Positions 57,854 through 64,000 of a stretch of DNA of 64,000 bases are shown piece after piece. Numbering within the stretch: the stretch's first letter is position 1; every line of letters begins with the position of its first letter. The translations under genes were made by a program, and so were the position numbers. Under the pieces are notes generated by a model. It had not been told where the DNA came from. It saw only the letters and a list, made by a program, of their open reading frames with translations, and did not search any database. Source of the stretch: an uncultured Hyphomicrobium sp. (GTDB taxonomy: Bacteria > Pseudomonadota > Alphaproteobacteria > Rhizobiales > Hyphomicrobiaceae); NCBI GenBank assembly GCA_964589785.1, contig CAZPUQ010000010.1:874-64873 (forward strand). The letters are read 5' to 3'.

Positions 57854-59544
57854 CCGTGATCCTTCGCGCCGCCGGCGTTGCGGCCGTTGCATGGGGCGTT
57901 GCCGGCGCGGCTCCGGCCTTCGCCGCGGGCGCCATCGAGGGAGGCGCCAAGCCGCCGCTCAACTGGCCGGCGATCGCCATGTTCACGGTGTTTGTGGTGG
58001 CGACGCTCGCCATCACCAAGTGGGCGGCCTCCCGCGCCCGCTCCGCCTCCGACTTCTATGCTGCGGGCGGCGGCATCACCGGCTTCCAGAACGGCCTTGC
58101 GATCGCGGGCGACTACATGTCGGCGGCGTCGTTTCTGGGAATTTCCGCGCTCGTCTTCGCGTCGGGCTTCGACGGGCTCATCTATTCGGTGGGCTTCCTC
58201 GTCGGCTGGCCGATCGTCATGTTCCTCATCGCCGAGCAACTGCGCAATCTCGGCAAATACACCTTCGCGGACGTGGCCGCCTATCGTCTTGCGGCGCGGC
58301 CGCTGCGCGTCGTCTCGGCGATCGGGTCGCTGTCGGTCGTGGCCTTCTATCTGATCGCGCAGATGGTCGGGGCCGGCAAGCTGATCGAGCTTCTCTTCGG
58401 CCTCGACTATCTTTACGCGGTCATCATCGTCGGCGTGCTCATGATCACCTATGTTGCCTTCGGCGGCATGATCGCGACGACCTGGGTGCAGATCATCAAG
58501 GCCTGTCTCCTGCTCGGCGGCGCCTCGTTCATGGCCCTCATGGTGCTGGCGCACTTCGCCTTCTCGCCGGAGGCGATGTTCCGGACCGCGACCGAGGTGC
58601 ATCCGGGCGGCGTCTCGATCATGGCGCCGGGCAAGCTCGTCGCCGATCCCGTGTCCGCGCTGTCGCTCGGCGTGGCGCTGATGTTCGGGACGGCGGGGCT
58701 GCCCCACATCCTCATGCGCTTCTTCACGGTTCCCGACGCGCGCACCGCGCGCAAGTCGGTCCTCTACGCCACGGGCTTCATCGGCTACTTCTACATCCTC
58801 ACCTTCATCATCGGCTTCGGCGCCATCACGCTTCTGATGAACGACCCCTCGCACTACGTGGTCGCCGCGGACGGCACCTACGACAAGATCAAGGGCCTGC
58901 GCGGCGAGACGAATATGGCCGCCGTGCATCTGGCCTCGGCCGTTGGCGGCTCGCTGTTCCTCGGCTTCATCTCCGCCGTCGCGTTCGCCACCATTCTGGC
59001 CGTCGTGGCCGGTCTGACGCTCGCCGGGGCGTCCGCGGTCAGCCACGATCTCTATGTCAACGTCTTCGCGCGCGGCCATGTCTCCGAGCACACCGAGGTG
59101 CGGCTGTCGAAGATCGCCGCCGTCGTCATCGGCCTCATCGCCATCATGCTGGGCTACGTCTTCGAGCGCCAGAACGTGGCGTTCATGGTCGGGCTCGCCT
59201 TCGCGGTCGCGGCCTCGTGCAATTTCCCGGTTCTGCTCATGAGCCTGCACTGGCAAGGCACCACCACGCGCGGCGCGGTGGCGGGCGGCCTCGTCGGCCT
59301 CGTGCTGGCGGTCTCGATGGTGATCCTGAGCCCGGCGGTCTGGGTGAAGACCTTCGGCTTCGAGCAGGCTATCTTCCCCTACGACAACCCGGCGCTGTTC
59401 TCCGTCTCGGCGGCCTTCCTGACGATCTGGCTCGTCTCGCGCCTCGATCTGAGCCCGGCGGCGGCCGCCGAGCGCGCGGCCTACCCGGCCCAGCTCGTCC
59501 GTTCGGAAACGGGCATCGGGGCGGCCGGCGCCCGTACGCATTGA
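57850..59544 (+). CDS. actP: cation/acetate symporter ActP (SSS family)
   Basis: [23 protein letters not shown]...[36 protein letters not shown] is almost collinear with E. coli ActP as I remember it. GTG 57850 lies inside ORF 57646..59544. Confidence 0.95.
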   Translation: MTVILRAAGVAAVAWGVAGAAPAFAAGAIEGGAKPPLNWPAIAMFTVFVVATLAITKWAASRARSASDFYAAGGGITGFQNGLAIAGDYMSAASFLGISALVFASGFDGLIYSVGFLVGWPIVMFLIAEQLRNLGKYTFADVAAYRLAARPLRVVSAIGSLSVVAFYLIAQMVGAGKLIELLFGLDYLYAVIIVGVLMITYVAFGGMIATTWVQIIKACLLLGGASFMALMVLAHFAFSPEAMFRTATEVHPGGVSIMAPGKLVADPVSALSLGVALMFGTAGLPHILMRFFTVPDARTARKSVLYATGFIGYFYILTFIIGFGAITLLMNDPSHYVVAADGTYDKIKGLRGETNMAAVHLASAVGGSLFLGFISAVAFATILAVVAGLTLAGASAVSHDLYVNVFARGHVSEHTEVRLSKIAAVVIGLIAIMLGYVFERQNVAFMVGLAFAVAASCNFPVLLMSLHWQGTTTRGAVAGGLVGLVLAVSMVILSPAVWVKTFGFEQAIFPYDNPALFSVSAAFLTIWLVSRLDLSPAAAAERAAYPAQLVRSETGIGAAGARTH

Positions 59545-59545
59545 G

Positions 59546-60529
59546 GTGACGACGGTGAGCGAAGCCCGAGCCGCGCAGCGTCCCTTCAACGCCGTCATGC
59601 TGGCGGTGGGCGACGGGCACTGGCTCTATGTCGAGGAATGCGGCCGGCGCGGGGGCCTCCCCGCTCTCTTCCTGCACGGCGGTCCGGGCAGCGGAGCGCA
59701 GCACGCCCACCGGGACCTGTTCGCGCCCGACCGCTTCCACGCCATCCTCTTCGACCAGCGCGGAGCCGGCCGCAGCCATCCCTATCTCTCGCGCGCCGCC
59801 AACACGACGCCCCATCAGATTGCCGACATCGAGCGCATCCGGGAGTTTTTCGGCATCGAGCGCTGGCTGGTGGTGGGCGGCTCCTGGGGTTCCACGCTGG
59901 CCATCGCCTATGCCGAGGCCCATCCCGACCGCGTCGCGGGCCTCGTCCTGCGCGCCGTATTCCTGGGCACGGACGCGGAGGTGGACTGGGCCTTCCTCGA
60001 GGGTCCGAAGCGGTTCAGGCCGGAGCTCTACCGGGCCTTCGTCGAGCAGCTGCCGGAGGTCGAGCGCGCCGATCCCTTGTCCGGCTATCTCGCCCGCCTC
60101 AATCACCCCGATCCGGCAGTGCACGGTCCGGCGGCACAGGTCTGGAACGCCTACGAGCGCACGCTGTCGGAGCTCGTGCCAGCGGCCCCGGCCCTGTCCG
60201 AGGAGTTGGATCACCCCTCGCGGGAAGGCGCACGCCTGCCGCCCACCCCGCTCATGGAAGCGCATTACATCGCTCACCGCTTCTTCCTGAGGCCGTATCA
60301 GCTCCTCGACGAGGCGTGGCGGCTGGCGGGCATCCCGGGCGTGATCGTGCAGGGCCGCTACGACTTGCTCTGTCCACCGTCGGCGGCGGAAGCCTTGTCT
60401 CGCGCGTGGGGCCCATCGTGCCGGCTGCGCCTGATCGAGCTGGCAGGCCACGCGATGACCGAACCCGGCGTGTTCGACGCCTTGCGCGAGGGCGTGGATG
60501 CGGTCGCCAGAACCGCTTTCGGACGGTGA
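59546..60529 (+). CDS. pip: prolyl aminopeptidase (proline iminopeptidase)
   Basis: [18 protein letters not shown] and the nucleophile elbow GGSWGSTLA are present. Start is GTG 59546 or, with better SD spacing, GTG 59555. Confidence 0.9.
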   Translation: MTTVSEARAAQRPFNAVMLAVGDGHWLYVEECGRRGGLPALFLHGGPGSGAQHAHRDLFAPDRFHAILFDQRGAGRSHPYLSRAANTTPHQIADIERIREFFGIERWLVVGGSWGSTLAIAYAEAHPDRVAGLVLRAVFLGTDAEVDWAFLEGPKRFRPELYRAFVEQLPEVERADPLSGYLARLNHPDPAVHGPAAQVWNAYERTLSELVPAAPALSEELDHPSREGARLPPTPLMEAHYIAHRFFLRPYQLLDEAWRLAGIPGVIVQGRYDLLCPPSAAEALSRAWGPSCRLRLIELAGHAMTEPGVFDALREGVDAVARTAFGR

Positions 60530-60535
60530 GGGCCG

Positions 60536-61480
60536 TCAGTCGCGCTTGGCCAGCGGGTGGTAGTCGAACACGATCCGCTTTAGCCGTTCCTCCAGGACGT
60601 GGGTGTAGATCTCCGTCGTCGAGATGTCGGCGTGGCCGAGGAGTTGCTGCACCGTCCTGAGGTCGGCGCCGCGGTCGAGCAGATGGCTTGCGAACGCGTG
60701 CCGCAGCACATGCGGCGAGACCCGCTCCGGATCGAGATCAGCCGCGAGCGCGCACGCCTTGAGGTCCTGGGCGAACCGCTGGCGGGTGATGTGGCCGGCC
60801 GCGCCGCGCGAGGGAAAGAGCCACTTCGTCGCGAGCATCGGCGAGAGGCCGCCCTCCGGATCGGACCCGAGCGCCAGATAGCGGTCGAGCGCGGCGCGCG
60901 CCGCGGCGTTGAGGGGCACCAGCCGCTCGCGCCCGCCCTTTCCCCGTATCGTAAAGACGCGCGGATCGCCCGCAAGGACCGAGCGCGGCAGCGCAACCAG
61001 CTCCGACACGCGCATGCCCGTCGCGTAGAGGATCTCGACGAGCGCGTGGAAGCGGGCGGCGCGGACCAGCTCGCGACCCTTCAGCCCCGCGGTGGCGGCA
61101 CGCGCCGTGTCCAGCAGCCTGTCCACTTCGGCGACGGAGAGTGTCTTGGGGAGCGGGCGCGCCATCCTGGGAGCCTTGGCGCCCGCGGCCGGGTCGTCGG
61201 CGATGAGGCCTTCCGCCTCCAGGAACTTGTAGAACTGGCGGACGGCCGAGAGGCGGCGGGCTCGCGATGCCGGGGAGAGCCCGTCGCGACCGAGCTGCTG
61301 CATATAGGCGGCGAGGTCGGCGCGCGTGGCCGACCGGCACGAGACGCCCCGTGCGGCGAGGAAGGCTGAAAGGGCGTCGAGATCGCGCCGGTAGGCGTCA
61401 AGCGTGTTCTCGGCCGCACCGCGCTCGGAGGCGAGCATCTCCAGGTAGGCGCCGATGTGGGTCGCGTCGGAAGCGCTCAT
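60536..61480 (-). CDS. xerD: site-specific tyrosine recombinase XerD
   Basis: ...TLDAYRRDL..., [21 protein letters not shown] and [15 protein letters not shown] are present. Start at the internal ATG 61480 of ORF 60536..62011. Confidence 0.93.
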   Translation of the reverse strand: MSASDATHIGAYLEMLASERGAAENTLDAYRRDLDALSAFLAARGVSCRSATRADLAAYMQQLGRDGLSPASRARRLSAVRQFYKFLEAEGLIADDPAAGAKAPRMARPLPKTLSVAEVDRLLDTARAATAGLKGRELVRAARFHALVEILYATGMRVSELVALPRSVLAGDPRVFTIRGKGGRERLVPLNAAARAALDRYLALGSDPEGGLSPMLATKWLFPSRGAAGHITRQRFAQDLKACALAADLDPERVSPHVLRHAFASHLLDRGADLRTVQQLLGHADISTTEIYTHVLEERLKRIVFDYHPLAKRD

Positions 61481-61493
61481 GGCCGGGCCACCG

Positions 61494-63461
61494 CTAGAGG
61501 CCCGCCGCGCGCGGCCAGCCGAGGAACAGGGCCTCGAGCGCGAGCTTGCGGGCATCCGTCTCCAGATTGGCGCGGCGCAGAGCGCGGATGCTGTCGCCGA
61601 GCGCGATGATGTGGGCGCCGTCGGCGCCGTTGGGCCCGAGCGCCTGCATGGCGAGCAGCACCGTGCGTCCGAACTCCTTCTTCTTTGCCGCATCGGCGAG
61701 CGCGGAGAGCACGCCCGTCTCCGGCAGGAAGCCGGCGGTCGGCTGCGGCGTCCGGCTGGCAAGGTCCCACAGCGGGATGGGAACCTGGATCTCCAACGCA
61801 TCGAGCACGGTGGCGAGACGGTGCAGTTGGTCCGGCGTGAAGCGGCCGCGCGCGCCCATCTCCTCGAGCGCGGCGAGATGGCGCGACCGGCTGTCCGTCG
61901 CGGCCGGATCGGTGACGTCGGCGAGCGCGAGCCAGTGGACGAATCCGCCGGCCGCGCCCCCCGGACCATCGAGCGTTTCAGCGAACCCGGCCCACGACCG
62001 GGCGCCGGCAAAGTCTCCGGAAGCGAGCGACGTCTCGATCGCCGTCTCCGCGAACCAGCCGATCTCGGGCACGCGGCCGATGGCGGAGGCGGCCGGCGCG
62101 ATCATCTGCAAGGCCGGCCAGTAGAGGCCGCTGCGGCGCGCTTCATCGAGAAACGAGCGAATGAGGCGCGCCTTCTTGAGGGGTGTGCGCTCGTCCACCG
62201 CCGACTGGAACAGGGCTGCGCGCCGCACGGCATCGGCGACCGGCCCCTCGCCGCCCGTCTCCCCGCCGGGAAACGTCCGATAGGCGTCCGCCAGACCGTC
62301 GGGCGTGATCGCGTTGACGCGCGCGGCCCCTTCTGCCGCGACAAGGCGCAGCGCGGGCTCGGCCGCCCTCTCCCGGGCCACGAGCGCCAGCACGCCGGGA
62401 CCAGCGGACTCGACGAATGAGGCCATGTCACCGCTGTCGATGGCCCCGCCGAGCTCGAGGATGCGCCAGTCGATCGGCCCGATCTTCTGGTCTTTCCGGA
62501 TCGAGGGCTTGGCGCCGGAGGCAATCGCCTCGATGGCATCGAGCCCCGCCGTGCCCTCGACCCCTTCCTCGCGCGCGATCGTTGCCTGCAGCAGGGCCGC
62601 TTCCGGTTTGCCGGCAGCCGCCGCGCAATAGGCGCCAACGAGGATCGATGGCCCTTTCAGCGCCGCAGGCATCGTGCGTTGTGCGGCACTCAGGGCTTGA
62701 GCGTTGCGGCAGCCGCCCTCGCGATCCCCGCGCGCGATGGCGATGCGTGCCGCGACGACGGCGAGTGCGGGGTCGGCCGCAGCCGCGCTCTCCCTGCCGA
62801 GCAGCGCAGCGGCTTCATCGGTGAGGCCGGCGCGCTCCAGGGCGTCGAGACGCACGGCCGTAAAACGCGGATCGTTCGCGCCCCCTGCCGAAGCGGGGAC
62901 GTCGGAGGTCATGAGGCGGCGGAAGAGCGCGTGCAGCGCTGGCGAGCGGGGCGGGATTTCGATCGCTGCAACAAGCTTCTCGATCTCTGCGACGCCGAGG
63001 CCGTGCCAGAGCTCGTACGGCAGGCCCGTGCCGTCGGTCGCCATGACGGGAGCGAGGTCGTCACGCATCACCGTGCGCGAGCGCGCGTCGAGCGCGGGCG
63101 GAGGCTGGGCTGCGGGCGTCTGCGATGCGTCCGGTGGCCACGCTGCGGCCGGCGATGGGGCGCGTGCGGCGGTTGCCGGTGACGGATCGGGGGCGGACGG
63201 CGGGGCAGGGAGGGGAGCCGCTTCGATCGGCGGCAGGGTCTCCCGTTCGATCGTACCGACCGCGAGCCCCGGTCCGGGAGACGTTGGGTCGGGCGCGGGC
63301 TGGTCGTCCGCCTGCGGCGGCTGTGCCGGTGTCTTCCTCACGGCGGGCCGCGATGTCTCCGGCTCGTCGAACGGGCCCGGAATGCCGCCCGCTTGCGCTT
63401 TGCTCGCCAGGATCGCGGCAGCCAGGGCGACGGCGGTGAGCGAGCGGGCGGGAAAGCGCAT
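61494..63461 (-). CDS. large secreted hypothetical protein (Pro-rich linker plus alpha-helical repeat region)
   Basis: Signal peptide MRFPARSLTAVALAAAILASKAQA, then a ~90-aa Pro/Ala-rich segment, then ~500 aa rich in Ala/Leu. The frame is consistently high in GC3. No motif recognised. Confidence 0.7.
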   Translation of the reverse strand: MRFPARSLTAVALAAAILASKAQAGGIPGPFDEPETSRPAVRKTPAQPPQADDQPAPDPTSPGPGLAVGTIERETLPPIEAAPLPAPPSAPDPSPATAARAPSPAAAWPPDASQTPAAQPPPALDARSRTVMRDDLAPVMATDGTGLPYELWHGLGVAEIEKLVAAIEIPPRSPALHALFRRLMTSDVPASAGGANDPRFTAVRLDALERAGLTDEAAALLGRESAAAADPALAVVAARIAIARGDREGGCRNAQALSAAQRTMPAALKGPSILVGAYCAAAAGKPEAALLQATIAREEGVEGTAGLDAIEAIASGAKPSIRKDQKIGPIDWRILELGGAIDSGDMASFVESAGPGVLALVARERAAEPALRLVAAEGAARVNAITPDGLADAYRTFPGGETGGEGPVADAVRRAALFQSAVDERTPLKKARLIRSFLDEARRSGLYWPALQMIAPAASAIGRVPEIGWFAETAIETSLASGDFAGARSWAGFAETLDGPGGAAGGFVHWLALADVTDPAATDSRSRHLAALEEMGARGRFTPDQLHRLATVLDALEIQVPIPLWDLASRTPQPTAGFLPETGVLSALADAAKKKEFGRTVLLAMQALGPNGADGAHIIALGDSIRALRRANLETDARKLALEALFLGWPRAAGL

Positions 63462-63473
63462 GGGCGCGGCGGC

Positions 63474-63620
63474 TCACTCTTTTCGAATCTTGACGCCGGG
63501 AACGACTTTGACTTCTTCCTGTTGCACGGGCTCGAACCGGGTGGCCAGCACCCACATTCCGGCGGTCACGAGGCCCGCCAGGGCTCCGAAGATGAACAGG
63601 AAACGGAAAAGGCTCGGCAT
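63474..63620 (-). CDS. possible 48-aa single-TM small protein (below the ORF-track cutoff)
   Basis: My own translation is MPSLFRFLFIFGALAGLVTAGMWVLATRFEPVQQEEVKVVPGVKIRKE*. Third positions are G/C-rich. The stop lies 12 nt before the ATG of the downstream secreted-protein gene. Confidence 0.45.
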   Translation of the reverse strand: MPSLFRFLFIFGALAGLVTAGMWVLATRFEPVQQEEVKVVPGVKIRKE

Positions 63621-63859
63621 TCTCTGTCGTCCGTTCCTTCAGGGTTCTGGCCGTCCAAGTTGGCGCCAATGTGTCTCTGCGTGCGCGCGGCCCCGACGGT
63701 AACCAGAGGCCGCCCGGGACGACAAGCCGGGTTCCCCACCGAGGTGCCGTTTGAAATCCGGCCGCCGTTGGGCAATACACGGGGATGGCGAAGCCGGGCC
63801 GGCACGGCGGATCGCCGCAAACTCTTGCATGATTCGCGCGCGGCAGGCGGCAGACCGGA

Positions 63860-64000
63860 ATGGACGAGCCCAAGAGCCCGAACAGCATGGAGGCGCTGGT
63901 TTCCCGACTGGGCGACCGGTCGATCGTGCTCGTCGGTCTCATGGGCTGCGGAAAGTCGTCCGTCGGGCGCCGGCTCGCCGCCCGCCTCGGACTGGCCTTC
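63860..64000 (+). CDS. aroK: shikimate kinase, N-terminal part (3' end outside window)
   Basis: MDEPKSPNSMEALVSRLGDRSIVLVGLMGCGKSSVGRRLAARLGLAF has the Walker A motif GxxGxGKS and the typical AroK opening. The frame is open to the window edge. Confidence 0.85.
   Translation, partial: MDEPKSPNSMEALVSRLGDRSIVLVGLMGCGKSSVGRRLAARLGLAF

Noticed and set aside
60536-61480. Tyrosine recombinase as a marker of an integrated mobile element.
   Set aside because: The sequence and context (next to pip and the aroK region) fit housekeeping XerD. There is no flanking tRNA, direct repeats, or phage/plasmid genes.

Overview
High-GC alphaproteobacterial chromosome segment. The gene order looks Hyphomicrobiales/Rhizobiales-like, judged from memory of Sinorhizobium/Agrobacterium/Brucella synteny, not from a search. 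Most of it is conserved housekeeping. On the plus strand: rpsA(3' end)-sppA-ihfB-lapA-like-trpFBA-accD-folC. On the minus strand: trxA-addA-addB-murU-(tsaE::amgK fusion)-PAS histidine kinase-ahcY, then HPr-EIIA(Man)-hprK-chvG-chvI. These are followed by a hugZ-like gene, pckA, a lipid kinase and a desaturase. The right third holds a bioBFDAZ biotin operon, DUF1178-nitrilase-grxC-comF, a methyltransferase, DUF485-actP, pip, xerD, a large secreted protein and the start of aroK. I found no rRNA, tRNA, CRISPR array, transposase or prophage gene. Two accessory pockets interrupt the core. The first is a TadG-like/vWA gene preceded by an AT-rich patch between ahcY and HPr (21.8-23.4 kb). The second is a ~15 kb stretch (33.1-48.3 kb). 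It encodes a triplicated-domain secreted protein, an RTX/cadherin-like repeat protein without a type I secretion system (T1SS), a polysaccharide-lyase-like membrane protein translationally coupled to a small membrane protein, a membrane-anchored SNase-fold protein with a degenerate active site, two tandem Cys-bearing TPR paralogs, a frameshifted sugar MFS transporter, TetR+DUF2852, a PrpE-like phosphoesterase and a secreted orthocaspase. I do not see a clear-cut multi-gene system of a recognisable defence or mobile type. The most interesting unexplained signals are non-coding. They are a triple tandem stem-loop array that copies the stop-codon region of the adjacent gene (33.34-33.49 kb), a candidate small RNA (sRNA) or 3'UTR with three C-run loops (40.64-40.76 kb), and a ~110-nt two-hairpin intergenic repeat (REP-like) family present at 7.77 and 53.70 kb. 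Most long ORFs in the six-frame track are antisense or off-frame shadows typical of high-GC DNA. All functional calls rest on motif recognition by eye, and none was confirmed by database search.
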